63,312 nt of DNA, taken from contig CAYMPR010000004.1 in NCBI GenBank assembly GCA_964392385.1, positions 1,783-65,094 of the forward strand, written 5' to 3'. Shown here one piece after another: positions 9,842 through 20,144 of the stretch. The notes beneath the pieces are model-generated. The model searched no databases and was not told the origin of the DNA. It saw only the letters and a list, made by a program, of their open reading frames with translations. The translations under genes and the position numbers were made by a program. Positions within the stretch are counted from its first letter, which is position 1; every line of letters begins with the position of its first letter. Source of the stretch: an uncultured Christensenellaceae bacterium (GTDB lineage Bacteria > Bacillota > Clostridia > Christensenellales > DTU072).

Positions 9842-10210
9842 CTAAAAATCAAGTCCGGCTTTTCTTGCGCCGTCTGCAAAAGCTGCTACTCTTCCTGTGT
9901 ACAAATATCCACCACGATCAAATACTATTTTTTTATAGCCTTTTTCTATCGCTCTTTTACCAAGCTCTTCTCCAACGATTGAAGCTTGTTGAACTTTTGT
10001 CTTTCCTGCCGTTTTTGCGGCTATTTCTTTTTCTACAGTGTTTGCAGCTACTAATGTAGCACCCGCTTTATCATCAATCAACTGACCATAAATATGGGAG
10101 GTTGATCTGTAAACATTCAAACGAGGGCATTCTAGTGTACCATTGATGTCTTTTCTAATTCTTAAATGCCTTTTTTGTCTTGATTCATTTTTATTTGGTT
10201 TATTGATCAT
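9842..10210 (-). CDS. rplR: 50S ribosomal protein L18
   Basis: [18 protein letters not shown]...[20 protein letters not shown]. Confidence 0.95.
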   Translation of the reverse strand: MINKPNKNESRQKRHLRIRKDINGTLECPRLNVYRSTSHIYGQLIDDKAGATLVAANTVEKEIAAKTAGKTKVQQASIVGEELGKRAIEKGYKKIVFDRGGYLYTGRVAAFADGARKAGLDF

Positions 10211-10221
10211 ATATAATCCTC

Positions 10222-10767
10222 CTATTTCCCTGCGGCCTTGATTTCTTTGCGAAGTATTATCTCATCCTTATATCTTATCCCATAGCCATGATAAGGTTCT
10301 GGTTTTCTCTTTGCTTTAATGTCTGCAGCGCACTGTCCTACGACTGTCTTATCACAGCCCTCAACTACAATTTCTGTCGGACCAGCAACTGAGAGTTTAA
10401 CCCCTTCTGGACTATCAAAGTTTATAGGTTTACTAAACCCTATATTCATGACAAGAGTTTTTCCTTGCATAGCAACTTTATACCCTACACCATTAACAAT
10501 CAAACGCTTTTCAAATCCCTTTTCAACTCCTAGAACCATATTAGCAAGTAGAGAGCGATATAATCCATGCATAGCATTTTGCTCTTGCGAGTTGTCATTT
10601 AGAACTAAGTGAAGAACACCAGCCTTATTTTGAAACTCGATTTTCGCGCTACTTGATATTTCTTGTTTTAGAGTACCTTTAGGTCCTTTAATTGTCACAA
10701 CGCCATCTGAAAAATTAAAGGTTGTGTTTGGGCCAAGTTTGATACTTTTAACACCTATTCTTGACAT
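10222..10767 (-). CDS. rplF: 50S ribosomal protein L6
   Basis: MSRIGVKSI... and EPYHGYGIRYKDE. Confidence 0.95.
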   Translation of the reverse strand: MSRIGVKSIKLGPNTTFNFSDGVVTIKGPKGTLKQEISSSAKIEFQNKAGVLHLVLNDNSQEQNAMHGLYRSLLANMVLGVEKGFEKRLIVNGVGYKVAMQGKTLVMNIGFSKPINFDSPEGVKLSVAGPTEIVVEGCDKTVVGQCAADIKAKRKPEPYHGYGIRYKDEIILRKEIKAAGK

Positions 10768-10777
10768 TATCTACCTC

Positions 10778-11179
10778 CTACCACACATAAGCGATTACTT
10801 CGCCGCCTGCTCCATGCTCTCTTGCTTTTCTATCTGTCATTAATCCAGTTGAAGTAGAAATAATCGCAATTCCCATTCCGCCAAGGACTCTGGGAAGGGC
10901 GGTAGCTTTAGCATAAACACGAAGGCGTGGTTTACTAATTCTTTTTAATCCCCTAATTGCTTTTTCTTTATTTGAATACTTCAATACAATATGTAAGGTA
11001 TCTTGTACTTGACCTTCTGTTTGGACTATGCTAGCAGATTCTAAGTAACCCTCTTCAACCAAAATATTTGCAATTGCATGCTTGATTTTGCTTGATGGCA
11101 TATCTACTGATTGGCTTTTGGCCGATAATCCGTTACGGATACGAGTTAGCATATCTGCTATTGGATCTGTCATTGTCAT
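10778..11179 (-). CDS. rpsH: 30S ribosomal protein S8
   Basis: [13 protein letters not shown] and a GGEVIAYVW end. Confidence 0.95.
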   Translation of the reverse strand: MTMTDPIADMLTRIRNGLSAKSQSVDMPSSKIKHAIANILVEEGYLESASIVQTEGQVQDTLHIVLKYSNKEKAIRGLKRISKPRLRVYAKATALPRVLGGMGIAIISTSTGLMTDRKAREHGAGGEVIAYVW

Positions 11180-11190
11180 AATATTACCTC

Positions 11191-11376
11191 CTACCAGCTA
11201 GACTTGCGTACACCGGGAATCTGCCCTTTGTGTGCAAGCTCTCTAAAGCAAATTCTACAAATTCCATACTTTCTAAGTACTGCATGTGGTCTTCCGCAAA
11301 TAGAGCACCTTGTATACTCTCTTGAGGAGAACTTTTGTTTCTTTTGCTGTTTATTTATCATCGATTTCTTTGCCAT
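11191..11376 (-). CDS. rpsZ: 30S ribosomal protein S14 type Z (zinc ribbon)
   Basis: 61 aa with CSICGRP...CRICFRE (Cys4). Confidence 0.95.
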   Translation of the reverse strand: MAKKSMINKQQKKQKFSSREYTRCSICGRPHAVLRKYGICRICFRELAHKGQIPGVRKSSW

Positions 11377-11390
11377 ATTAACCTAACCTC

Positions 11391-11981
11391 CTACTTTGAG
11401 AACGGCATGCCAAGAAGAGTCAATAATTCTTTTGCTTCTTCATCACTTTTCGCCGATGTAACAAAACTTATATCAAATCCCCTAACACGTTCGATTTCAT
11501 CGTATGAAATCTCGGGGAAAATTAGCTGTTCCTTAATACCAAGTGCATAATTTCCTCTTCCATCAAATGCTTTAGGAGAAATTCCCTTGAAGTCCCTTAC
11601 TCTAGGAAGCGCGATTGAAACTAACTTGTCAAAAAAGTCCCACATACGATCTGCCCTTAAAGTAACCATTGCAGCTACAGATTGTCCTTGTCTAATCTTG
11701 AAGTTTGCAACAGACTTTTTAGCCTTGGTCACAACAGCTTTTTGGCCCGCCACTGTTTCAAGCTCTTTTACTGCAAGTTGCATACTTTTTGCATTTTCCT
11801 TGACATCTCCTAAGCGCATGTTCAATACAATCTTTTCCAATCTTGGCACTTGCATAACTGAAGTATAGTTAAATTTTTTCATCATTGCCGGGATTATTTC
11901 TTGATTGAACTTGACTTTTAGTCTTCTAACTTCTCTTGGTGCTGGAGCCTGCTTCACCGCTGTCTCTTTCTTAGTAGCCAT
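11391..11981 (-). CDS. rplE: 50S ribosomal protein L5
   Basis: [18 protein letters not shown] and the L5 core. Has a ~17-aa N-terminal extension. Confidence 0.95.
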   Translation of the reverse strand: MATKKETAVKQAPAPREVRRLKVKFNQEIIPAMMKKFNYTSVMQVPRLEKIVLNMRLGDVKENAKSMQLAVKELETVAGQKAVVTKAKKSVANFKIRQGQSVAAMVTLRADRMWDFFDKLVSIALPRVRDFKGISPKAFDGRGNYALGIKEQLIFPEISYDEIERVRGFDISFVTSAKSDEEAKELLTLLGMPFSK

Positions 11982-11992
11982 TTTGCCCCTCC

Positions 11993-12556
11993 TTACTTAT
12001 TATCACTATTTCCGACATCTTTTTTATCGGAATCTGCGCTTTCAACTTTCTTTTTAGTTCTAACAGTTGCAGTCGTTTTCTTTACTTCTTTCTCTTCAAC
12101 TGGAGCTATTGTTGCTGTTTCTGTAACAGGTGCTATTACCTCTGTATTTTGAACTTCGGCATCAGCTTTCTTGACTGCCGTCTTTTTCCTTACAGTAGCT
12201 TTTGCTGCAGCCTTGGCCGAAGCTTTTTTAGTTACAAGAACCTCACCACATTTTTTGCATACACGCACTTTATTGCCATCAACTATGCTGACACCAATTC
12301 TTGTGGGTTTATTACATGCAGCGCAGACAGGTAATACATTACTTATATCAACGCTTCCAGGCATCTTAACAAGTCCACCTTTTTCATTTGCTTTGCGCGC
12401 CTTAACTGCTTTTGTATTGACTGTTGATAATCCTGTACCTTCCACGAACACTCTATTATTTTCAGTGTCAACGGATATTATTTGTGCAGTTTTACCTTTG
12501 TCTTTACCTGCAATAATCATCACGTAATCGTCTTTACGAAGTTTTGATTTAGCCAT
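11993..12556 (-). CDS. rplX: 50S ribosomal protein L24 (Cys4 knuckle plus 80-aa basic tail)
   Basis: KOW motif [19 protein letters not shown] 12556 with an AGGAGG RBS. CAAC...CKKC at residues 78-103. K/A/T-rich extension to 187 aa. Confidence 0.9.
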   Translation of the reverse strand: MAKSKLRKDDYVMIIAGKDKGKTAQIISVDTENNRVFVEGTGLSTVNTKAVKARKANEKGGLVKMPGSVDISNVLPVCAACNKPTRIGVSIVDGNKVRVCKKCGEVLVTKKASAKAAAKATVRKKTAVKKADAEVQNTEVIAPVTETATIAPVEEKEVKKTTATVRTKKKVESADSDKKDVGNSDNK

Positions 12557-12566
12557 ATCTCTCCTC

Positions 12567-12941
12567 CTATAGTACTTCAGGAGCAAGGGAAATAATTTTC
12601 ATATATCCCTTTTCTCTTAATTCTCTTGCAATAGGTCCAAAAATACGAGTTCCTTTCGGCTGTTTTTGGACAGGATTGTCAATAATTACTGCAGCATTAT
12701 CATCAAATCTAATAACAGTGCCATCTTTTCTTTGAAGTTCTTTGTGTGTTCTTACAATAACAGCTTTGACAACTTCACCTTTTTTTACAATTCCGCCAGG
12801 AGTTGCTGTTTTAACAGAAGCTACAATTACATCCCCTATCTCACCTGTTCTAACAAAAGATCCGCCAAGAACACGTATACACATTATCTCTTTAGCGCCA
12901 CTATTATCTGCTACTTTTAATCTTGTTTGAGGTTGAATCAT
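12567..12941 (-). CDS. rplN: 50S ribosomal protein L14
   Basis: [17 protein letters not shown]. Confidence 0.97.
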   Translation of the reverse strand: MIQPQTRLKVADNSGAKEIMCIRVLGGSFVRTGEIGDVIVASVKTATPGGIVKKGEVVKAVIVRTHKELQRKDGTVIRFDDNAAVIIDNPVQKQPKGTRIFGPIARELREKGYMKIISLAPEVL

Positions 12942-12953
12942 TATATTTGCCTC

Positions 12954-13211
12954 CTATTTAGCTTTTTCAACAATACTGACTAAACGCCAGCGTTTGATCT
13001 TAGATAAAGGTCTTGTTTCCATAATCTCCACGATATCCCCGATTCCGCATTCATTATTTTCATCGTGAGCATATAGCTTTTTAGATCTAACAATAAACTT
13101 TTTATAGACTGGGTGCTTAGTTCTTTGCTCGATTTTAACAACTATGGTTTTATCCATAACATTGCTTACGACTTCGCCAACCCTAGTTTTTCTTAAATTC
13201 CTTTCTTCCAT
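12954..13211 (-). CDS. rpsQ: 30S ribosomal protein S17
   Basis: [22 protein letters not shown] 13211 with GGAGG 8 nt upstream; the ORF-track start is a TTG. Confidence 0.93.
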   Translation of the reverse strand: MEERNLRKTRVGEVVSNVMDKTIVVKIEQRTKHPVYKKFIVRSKKLYAHDENNECGIGDIVEIMETRPLSKIKRWRLVSIVEKAK

Positions 13212-13228
13212 ATTATAATCCTCCAATA

Positions 13229-13474
13229 TTAAGCTTTAGACTTGGTTGTCTTTTTCTTAACGGCTTTGGTAGGCTCTTCGGAAATTCCGAGTTGTCTTTG
13301 CCTAAGCACGGTAAGCGCTCTTGCTATATCTTTTTTGCATTCATTGATACTCAAAGGATTCGATAATTTAGAGACGGATTGCTTGAAGCGTAATTCAAAC
13401 AGTTCCTTTTTGAGCTCTTGAACCTTATTGTTCAATTCTTCACTTGTCATTTCGAAAAAAATATTAACTTTCAT
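13229..13474 (-). CDS. rpmC: 50S ribosomal protein L29
   Basis: [21 protein letters not shown] aligns with the L29 helix. ATG overlaps the rplP stop (TAATG). Confidence 0.9.
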   Translation of the reverse strand: MKVNIFFEMTSEELNNKVQELKKELFELRFKQSVSKLSNPLSINECKKDIARALTVLRQRQLGISEEPTKAVKKKTTKSKA

Positions 13475-13908
13475 TATTCTTCACCGCCTTGTTCCACCAT
13501 ATCAGTCTTTTTCACAAATTTGGATTTGATAGGCAATTTATGACCAGCAAGTCTTAATGCTTCCCTGGCCTCGTTCTCTGGAATGCCACTCATCTCAAAT
13601 AATATTCTATCTGGCTTAACAACCGCTATCCAATATTCTGGTGATCCCTTTCCACTTCCCATACGGGTATCAGCAGGTTTCTTGGTGACCGACATATGGG
13701 GGAATATATTAACCCACACTCTTCCACCACGTTTAATATATCTTGTCATTGCGACACGAGCTGCCTCAATTTGATTGCTCTTAATTCTGCCTGGCTCTAA
13801 GGCTACAAGGCCATATTCACCGTATGCAATCGTATTTCCTATCGTTGCTCTTCCCCTAATAGTGGTAAGATGCTGCTTTCTTCTTTTTACTCTCTTAGGC
13901 ATTAACAT
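13474..13908 (-). CDS. rplP: 50S ribosomal protein L16
   Basis: [11 protein letters not shown] start and the L16 core. Confidence 0.97.
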   Translation of the reverse strand: MLMPKRVKRRKQHLTTIRGRATIGNTIAYGEYGLVALEPGRIKSNQIEAARVAMTRYIKRGGRVWVNIFPHMSVTKKPADTRMGSGKGSPEYWIAVVKPDRILFEMSGIPENEAREALRLAGHKLPIKSKFVKKTDMVEQGGEE

Positions 13909-13909
13909 A

Positions 13910-14629
13910 TTAGTTATTACCTCCTTTCAATTTGCCGAAAATCTCACCTTTATAAATCCAAACCTTGACTCCCAAAACGCCATAGGTGGTATGAGCTGTA
14001 GCAAATCCATAATCTATATCTGCTCTCATAGTTTGTAGAGGAATAGAGCCTTCATGATAACTCTCTGATCTAGCAATTTCATTGCCATCCAAACGGCCAC
14101 TTACCATGGCTTTTATTCCCTTAGCTCCTGCTTTCATAGTTCTAGACATTGAACCCTTCATTGCTCTTCTAAAAGGTGTTCTCTTTTCTAGCTGTGCAGC
14201 AATATTCTCGGAGACTATTTGTGCATCCATATCGGTGTTTTTAATTTCGTGAATATTAACATTAAAAGTTTTGTCAGGACCAACTATTTTTCTAATTGAC
14301 TCGTTGATATCATCAATGCCTTTTTCTTTAGAAACAGTTGCTTCCACAGGAGAAGGTGTCTCGCTTGCTTGGCCTCTTGCTGAATGAAGTTTTTTGCCTA
14401 CTGCAACGCCAACTCTTCCACAATAAACATCAATTTTTATATTTTGAGCTGCTCTTTCTATTTGAATACTAGAAATAGCGGCCTCATAATAATTCTTTTT
14501 TATAAATTCTCTTATTAAGTAGTCCTCTTTGAGATATTTACCAAATTCTTTTTTGCCGGCATACCATGTGCTCTTAAAAGGATATATGACGCCAACTCTT
14601 AAACCTGTCGGATTAATTTTTTGTCCCAT
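13910..14629 (-). CDS. rpsC: 30S ribosomal protein S3 (insertion in KH loop)
   Basis: [13 protein letters not shown] and the C-terminal domain [12 protein letters not shown]...ADIDYG. About 20 extra residues lie after VGKK. Confidence 0.95.
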   Translation of the reverse strand: MGQKINPTGLRVGVIYPFKSTWYAGKKEFGKYLKEDYLIREFIKKNYYEAAISSIQIERAAQNIKIDVYCGRVGVAVGKKLHSARGQASETPSPVEATVSKEKGIDDINESIRKIVGPDKTFNVNIHEIKNTDMDAQIVSENIAAQLEKRTPFRRAMKGSMSRTMKAGAKGIKAMVSGRLDGNEIARSESYHEGSIPLQTMRADIDYGFATAHTTYGVLGVKVWIYKGEIFGKLKGGNN

Positions 14630-14644
14630 GTTAATTCTTTCCTC

Positions 14645-15034
14645 CTATCCTTCTATTTCAGCAAGTACTACTGATATATGGCTTGTACGCTTTAGTATGC
14701 TTGCGCCTCTACCTTTTGCTCTTGCTTTAAATCTTTTTAGAGTCGGGCCTTGCTCAGCAACGGCTTTGATTACGCGTAATGAATCCTTATTTAGATTCAT
14801 ATTATTTTCAGCATTTGCAGCTGCGGAATTTAAAGCTTTCAAAACTGGCTCACTCGACGCTTTATTCATATTATTTAGTATAGCTACAGCCTCTTCATAT
14901 TTCTTCCCACGAATAAGTGCTAAAGTAGCATTTACTTTATTTGCAGATATTCTCACATATTTCGACTTTGCATGGGGTAAATTGACTCTAGCTTCATCAC
15001 GTGCTTTTGTCTTTTCTCTACTTCTAGTTGCCAT
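14645..15034 (-). CDS. rplV: 50S ribosomal protein L22
   Basis: AKSKYVRISANKV...ALAIL L22 fold. Canonical position. Confidence 0.93.
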   Translation of the reverse strand: MATRSREKTKARDEARVNLPHAKSKYVRISANKVNATLALIRGKKYEEAVAILNNMNKASSEPVLKALNSAAANAENNMNLNKDSLRVIKAVAEQGPTLKRFKARAKGRGASILKRTSHISVVLAEIEG

Positions 15035-15043
15035 AATTTCCTC

Positions 15044-15331
15044 CTACTTCTTCGGTGCTGGAGCAGTGCTCTTCGCGCCACCATGGGCACGGAAAGTTCT
15101 TGTTGGTGCAAATTCACCAAGCTTAAATCCAACCATATCTTCCGTTACATAAACTGCCACATGTTTTTTCCCATCGTGAACCGCAAAAGTATGTCCTACA
15201 AATTGCGGGAAAATTGTAGAAGCTCTTGACCATGTTTTTATAGATTTCTTTTCGCCAGAAGCATTCATTGCCTCGACTTTTTTCATTAAATGCTCCGCAA
15301 CATACGGGCCTTTCTTTATAGATCTACTCAT
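15044..15331 (-). CDS. rpsS: 30S ribosomal protein S19
   Basis: [10 protein letters not shown]...[12 protein letters not shown]. Confidence 0.97.
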   Translation of the reverse strand: MSRSIKKGPYVAEHLMKKVEAMNASGEKKSIKTWSRASTIFPQFVGHTFAVHDGKKHVAVYVTEDMVGFKLGEFAPTRTFRAHGGAKSTAPAPKK

Positions 15332-15342
15332 TGCTATTCCTC

Positions 15343-16173
15343 CTAGTTAACGCGCTTAATCATCATTTTGTTAGAACGCGCTTTCTTGTTTCTAGTTTTA
15401 TACCCTAGAGTTGGGATCCCCCAAGGAGTAACAGGTGATGGCATACCAACTGGGCACTTGCCTTCTCCACCGCCATGAGGATGGTCGCAGGGATTCATTA
15501 CTGCTCCTCTTACTGTTGGTCTTACTCCCATATGTCTCTTGCGTCCAGCTTTACCTAAACTAACATTTTCATAATCCAAGTTTCCGATTTGACCTATTGT
15601 TGCTCTACATAGAACTGGAACAAATCTCATTTCACCACTTGGCATACGAAGAGTTGCTTTTCCGCCTTCTTTAGCCATTAATTGTGCAGAGGCACCAGCA
15701 GAACGAGCTATTTGTCCACCTCTTTTAGGTTGTAACTCTATATTATGTACCATCGTTCCAACTGGGATATTTGCAAGGGGCAGAGTGTTTCCAGTCTTTA
15801 TATCTACTCCATCGGTCCCACTAAATATTTCATCTCCAACACTTAAGCCTAAGGGGGCAAGAATATATCTTTTTTCTCCATCGGCATAATTTAATAATGC
15901 TATATTAGCAGTACGATTTGGATCATATTCTATTGTGGCAACCTTTGCTGGAATTCCATCCTTGTTTCTTTTGAAATCAATAATTCTATACTTAACTCTG
16001 TTCCCGCCACCCTGATGTCTTACGGTAATCCTTCCATTTGCATTTCTTCCGCCATGGTTATTTTTGCTTACCAAAAGACTTTTTTCAGGATTGGTAGTAG
16101 TGATATCAGAGAAATCTAATACACTCATTCCACGAAGTCCAGGGGTTGTTGGTCTATATCTTTTGACTCCCAT
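15343..16173 (-). CDS. rplB: 50S ribosomal protein L2
   Basis: [15 protein letters not shown] and [13 protein letters not shown]. Confidence 0.97.
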   Translation of the reverse strand: MGVKRYRPTTPGLRGMSVLDFSDITTTNPEKSLLVSKNNHGGRNANGRITVRHQGGGNRVKYRIIDFKRNKDGIPAKVATIEYDPNRTANIALLNYADGEKRYILAPLGLSVGDEIFSGTDGVDIKTGNTLPLANIPVGTMVHNIELQPKRGGQIARSAGASAQLMAKEGGKATLRMPSGEMRFVPVLCRATIGQIGNLDYENVSLGKAGRKRHMGVRPTVRGAVMNPCDHPHGGGEGKCPVGMPSPVTPWGIPTLGYKTRNKKARSNKMMIKRVN

Positions 16174-16189
16174 CGATTCTTCCTCCTAA

Positions 16190-16480
16190 TTACGCCAAGT
16201 TTTCAAGTAACTCTATGGGTTTACTATCCACGCTAAGAGTTACAAATGCTTTTTTGTAAGAAGGAGTCCTTCCGGATGTTTTCCCTCTTCTTTTTACTTT
16301 TCCATCGTAACAAACAGTGTTAACTTTTACGACTTTAACACTGAATATTTCTTCTACCGCAAGCTTAATCTGTGCTTTTGTGGCACTTTTCGCTACTTCG
16401 AAAGTATAAATTTTATTAGGTATGCCCGCATTACTCTTTTCGGATAAAATGGGCTTTACAATTACATCATATGAATTCAT
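16190..16480 (-). CDS. rplW: 50S ribosomal protein L23
   Basis: DVIVKPILSEKS...FEV, in the L23 position. Confidence 0.93.
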   Translation of the reverse strand: MNSYDVIVKPILSEKSNAGIPNKIYTFEVAKSATKAQIKLAVEEIFSVKVVKVNTVCYDGKVKRRGKTSGRTPSYKKAFVTLSVDSKPIELLENLA

Positions 16481-17103
16481 TATGCGTATACCTCCGTAAG
16501 TGATTTAACTGCATCAATCGTAAGAACGCACTTGTCATAACGTAACACATCATATAAATTAATTAATGTTGTGTTTATCAGACTTAATCCCTCAATATTA
16601 CGACCTGCTCTCAAAATATCACTGTCATTATCTTTAATAACAAAAAGAGTTGTCTTGGTAGCGCCAATATTATTTAGAATTTCCTTTACCAATTTTGTTT
16701 TTGGCTCAGCAATTTTTACATCGTTTAGTATAATAACATTGCCATCTCTAACTTTTTGACTAAGAGCGCTACAAAAAGCTGCTGCTTTCATCTTTGTGTT
16801 AACTTTTTTGGAAAAATCTCTCGGCTTCGGCGCAAAAACAACACCACCATGGTACCATTGTGGCGATCTAATGCTTCCCTGACGAGCTCTACCAGTACCT
16901 TTTTGTCTCCAAGGTTTGGCTCCTCCTCCTCGAACTTCAGCACGAGTAAGTGAACATTTGGTACCTTGTCTCTTGTTTGCTAATTGCGCAACAACTACTT
17001 GATGTATAAGAGCCTCATTGTAGGGTTGGTCAAAAACCTTTTCATCGAGTTCAATGCTACCAGCATCTTTCCCTTGTGTATCGATTACTTTGTAACTTAT
17101 CAT
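16480..17103 (-). CDS. rplD: 50S ribosomal protein L4
   Basis: GGGAKPWRQKGTGRARQGS. Confidence 0.95.
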   Translation of the reverse strand: MISYKVIDTQGKDAGSIELDEKVFDQPYNEALIHQVVVAQLANKRQGTKCSLTRAEVRGGGAKPWRQKGTGRARQGSIRSPQWYHGGVVFAPKPRDFSKKVNTKMKAAAFCSALSQKVRDGNVIILNDVKIAEPKTKLVKEILNNIGATKTTLFVIKDNDSDILRAGRNIEGLSLINTTLINLYDVLRYDKCVLTIDAVKSLTEVYA

Positions 17104-17115
17104 AACTCTACTCCT

Positions 17116-17772
17116 CTATTTCTTTAACCATTTTGAGCCAGTGCTCGTTTTGCATGTGGATTTCACTGTTACAAGTGAATTCTTTGGCCCAGGAATTCCG
17201 CCAGAAATCAATAAAACATTCCTTGCTTCATCAACTCTTACTATCTCTAGGTTCTGAATGGTAACTTTCTCATGCCCATATTGCCCTGGCATATGTTTAT
17301 TCTTAAAAACACGTGAAGGACTGCTATTTGCTGATAGTGAACCAACTCCTCTATGGTATCCTGAACCATGACCCATAGGGCCACGATGAGTACCCCACCT
17401 TTGAATAGTTCCCGAAAAGCCCCTTCCTCTTGTAAGTCCAACTACATCAACATGGTCTCCAACTGAAAACATATTGCATGCTATTTTATCGCCTACTGAA
17501 TAAGATGCACTTCCATCAAGTCTAAGCTCTTTGACAAATCTGCAGCAGTTAACATTTGCCTTTTTGAATTGTCCCGCTGCGGGTTTATTAATTGTATCTT
17601 GAGCTGTTTCTTGAAAACCAACCTTGACAGCTGCATATCCATCTTTCTCGTTAGTCTTTACTTGGATTACCGTACAAGGTCCAGCTTGAACTACGCTAAC
17701 AGGTATGATAGTGCCATCTGGAGCAAAGATTTGGCTCATCCCAAGCTTTTTACCTATGATTGCTTTTTCCAT
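17116..17772 (-). CDS. rplC: 50S ribosomal protein L3
   Basis: IIGKKLGMSQIF...GRGFSGTIQRW. Confidence 0.95.
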   Translation of the reverse strand: MEKAIIGKKLGMSQIFAPDGTIIPVSVVQAGPCTVIQVKTNEKDGYAAVKVGFQETAQDTINKPAAGQFKKANVNCCRFVKELRLDGSASYSVGDKIACNMFSVGDHVDVVGLTRGRGFSGTIQRWGTHRGPMGHGSGYHRGVGSLSANSSPSRVFKNKHMPGQYGHEKVTIQNLEIVRVDEARNVLLISGGIPGPKNSLVTVKSTCKTSTGSKWLKK

Positions 17773-17783
17773 TCTGAGCCTCC

Positions 17784-18092
17784 TTACAGCTTGATTTGAA
17801 TATCTACGCCACCAGGAAGATCCATTTTCATTAATTGTTGAACGGTCTTTGATGTGCTGTTATATATATCGATTACGCGCTTGTGAGTACGTAATTCGAA
17901 TTGTTCTCTACTATCTTTGTGCATAAAGGGCGAACGAAGAACAGTGACTATTTCCTTTTGTGTTGGTAGTGGAATAGGACCAGATACGCTAGCTCCTGTC
18001 TCTTTCGCGGCTATTACAATCTTTTCGCAAGATGCATCAATTAAATTGTGGTCGTAAGCTTTCAACTTAATTCTAATCTTTTGACCTGCCAT
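17784..18092 (-). CDS. rpsJ: 30S ribosomal protein S10
   Basis: [15 protein letters not shown]...[13 protein letters not shown]. Confidence 0.97.
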   Translation of the reverse strand: MAGQKIRIKLKAYDHNLIDASCEKIVIAAKETGASVSGPIPLPTQKEIVTVLRSPFMHKDSREQFELRTHKRVIDIYNSTSKTVQQLMKMDLPGGVDIQIKL

Positions 18093-18269
18093 TTCAGTTT
18101 CCTCCTAAGAATTCTCTAATATTCTACACTTAACCGTGTGTGTCGCGCTGGCCTCTAAAGAAAAGGCTTTTCAGCCTCAATATCGGTTCATTTATGTGGT
18201 TTTGAATTGACATCCATTAGAATGCAATATTCATTAGCACAAGTCAGCGCTTTTTTACGCAACTTGTAC

Positions 18270-18298
18270 ATAATATCAATTAGCTTCTTGCTTGTCAA
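18270..18298 (-). promoter_or_regulatory. promoter of the S10-spc-alpha cluster
   Basis: Minus strand TTGACA, 17 nt, TATTAT, with an A/T-rich upstream tract. Lies ~170 nt upstream of rpsJ. Confidence 0.7.
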
Positions 18299-18499
18299 AC
18301 AATTTTTTAACAAAAAACGATTTTTTTTAAACTTTTCAAATATATACACTTTATATGGTGTTTTCCCTTACAAATCACTACTAAAGTGTCAAATTTTCCT
18401 GTTCTAATTCTTCTTATTACATATTATATTTTTCAATATAACATAATTATAAAAAACTCAATCACAATATATTATTAAAGCTATTGATGGCCCTCTATT

Positions 18500-19405
18500 T
18501 CACTTAACTTTATCTAAAAAATTCGTGACATGTAATTTAAATTCATCGGGATACTTCACCATTGACCTTGCGTGAATACTATCTTCAAATGAGAAAAATT
18601 CAGCATTTTTTTGGGCAGAGCTTAGTAATAAAGCATTTTTATAATCTACGACCTTGTCAGCTTTGCTATGTAAAATTAGAATAGGAACTTTAATTTTTTC
18701 TATAGCTAGCAACGCATTACTTTTAGCTAAATCAATTTTATATATGATTCTACCAAGCAATCTAAGTGATGGCCAAAATACTTTCTTAGCCAAAAATTCA
18801 TTACTAATGTATTGAGAAACAAGTGTTTCCATATTCGCAAATGCACAATATTCAATTACAGACTTAATTCTTTGATCTTTTTCAGCAACCATCAAGGAAG
18901 TTACCGCACCCATACTCTCTCCAAAGATATAAAAAACACTTTCGGGATAATCCTTCATTATAGAGTCCATCCATTGAATAACATCCAATGATTCATAAAT
19001 TCCAAAAGTTACCGATTTACCCTCAGAAAAACCACTATACCTGTGATCTGGCATAAAAACATTAAAGCCTAGTGACAAAAACATTTCTAGGTATTTCATT
19101 TGGGAAACAGAGCAGGAGTTGTGGCCATGCAAAGAAATCATAATTTTATTAGTAATATTACTATTTTTATAAAATCTTCCAAACAAATTATACCCAAAAT
19201 TAGAAGTGAGTATCATTTCCTCAAAAGGTATATCTAAATAACGGTCTTGAAAGTTTTTCTCTTTTTTCTCATACTCGACAAGCTCCAAAAATGATCTTTT
19301 TTTAGGATGAACAAGCATTTTTAAATAATGGAGAACAACACAAAAATATACTATTATCAAAAGTACTAAAAAAGATGGGATAATATATAAAAGTTCTAAT
19401 TTCAT
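18500..19405 (-). CDS. membrane-anchored alpha/beta-fold serine hydrolase
   Basis: N-terminal TM helix, HGHNS oxyanion region, GESMGA nucleophile elbow and a late HSKADKVV/H triad region. Confidence 0.75.
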   Translation of the reverse strand: MKLELLYIIPSFLVLLIIVYFCVVLHYLKMLVHPKKRSFLELVEYEKKEKNFQDRYLDIPFEEMILTSNFGYNLFGRFYKNSNITNKIMISLHGHNSCSVSQMKYLEMFLSLGFNVFMPDHRYSGFSEGKSVTFGIYESLDVIQWMDSIMKDYPESVFYIFGESMGAVTSLMVAEKDQRIKSVIEYCAFANMETLVSQYISNEFLAKKVFWPSLRLLGRIIYKIDLAKSNALLAIEKIKVPILILHSKADKVVDYKNALLLSSAQKNAEFFSFEDSIHARSMVKYPDEFKLHVTNFLDKVK

Positions 19406-20094
19406 TTAGCGTTAACTATAGCTACAATAGCATCTAAATTTTTAATAGTAATTTTATCTTTCCAAAAATCGAACATGCCCTCTTCGCGCATTTTTATCAT
19501 CTCACGGGACATAGAAGGTCTTGAAACATTAAGATATTCTGCCATCTCATTTCTATTGATTCCCAAAAGAACGTTCAAAGTCCCTTGCTCTAAATATTTT
19601 TCATAGATAAGCTTAGCAATTTTTAACCTCATGCTCTTTATCGATAAATACTCAGCATCTTTTCTCATCCCTAAGATTTTTCTAGACATATATTCTAGAG
19701 TGTTTTCAAGAAGCTTTTGATGAAATGAGCATGTTTTCTCGCACTGTTTTACTATTGTCGAAACAGTGATGTAAAGTACTGTTGATTCTTCCGCAGAAAC
19801 AACTGAGAATCGAGATACTCTATCAGGGCTATAACCATCTATTTCCCCAAACATATCTCCAGAATTAATAATCTCACTTACTTCTTTTTCCCCATTGGCT
19901 TTTGTAATGAATTTTACAGCTGATCCCTCAAGCATAATTCCTATTTCATCGACAATTACGCCCTGCTCACAAAGAACTTTACCACGAGAACATTTCAAGA
20001 TTCTTCCTTTTAGACAGTCAAAAATAGCGTTGATTTCTTTGTCATCAAAGTTTTTAAACAGCTCATTCTTTTTAATTAATTTGAAAATATTCAT
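19402..20094 (-). CDS. Crp/Fnr family transcriptional regulator
   Basis: N-terminal cNMP-binding-like beta-roll and a C-terminal HTH (NRNEMAEYLNVSRPSMSREM). ATGA overlap with the hydrolase. Confidence 0.8.
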   Translation of the reverse strand: MNIFKLIKKNELFKNFDDKEINAIFDCLKGRILKCSRGKVLCEQGVIVDEIGIMLEGSAVKFITKANGEKEVSEIINSGDMFGEIDGYSPDRVSRFSVVSAEESTVLYITVSTIVKQCEKTCSFHQKLLENTLEYMSRKILGMRKDAEYLSIKSMRLKIAKLIYEKYLEQGTLNVLLGINRNEMAEYLNVSRPSMSREMIKMREEGMFDFWKDKITIKNLDAIVAIVNAK

Positions 20095-20144
20095 TTAAAA
20101 TCTCTCCACAAAAAAGATGTATCCAAGGCAACAAAATTTAATTC

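Noticed and set aside
14529-15152. 207-aa plus-strand ORF spanning rpsC, rplV and rpsS in antisense
   Set aside because: It lies entirely antisense to three highly conserved ribosomal protein genes. It has a low-complexity hydrophobic composition, no RBS and no recognisable motif. This is a typical artefact of stop-poor frames.
17247-17441. Same-strand alternative-frame ORFs inside rplC (and 30485..30790 in metG, 46587..46790 in the GH13 gene)
   Set aside because: They are embedded in well-supported genes in another frame, with no start context and no known overlapping-gene precedent.
18207-18407. 66-aa plus-strand ORF upstream of rpsJ
   Set aside because: It overlaps the rpsJ promoter and leader in antisense, has no RBS, and has an AT-driven composition.
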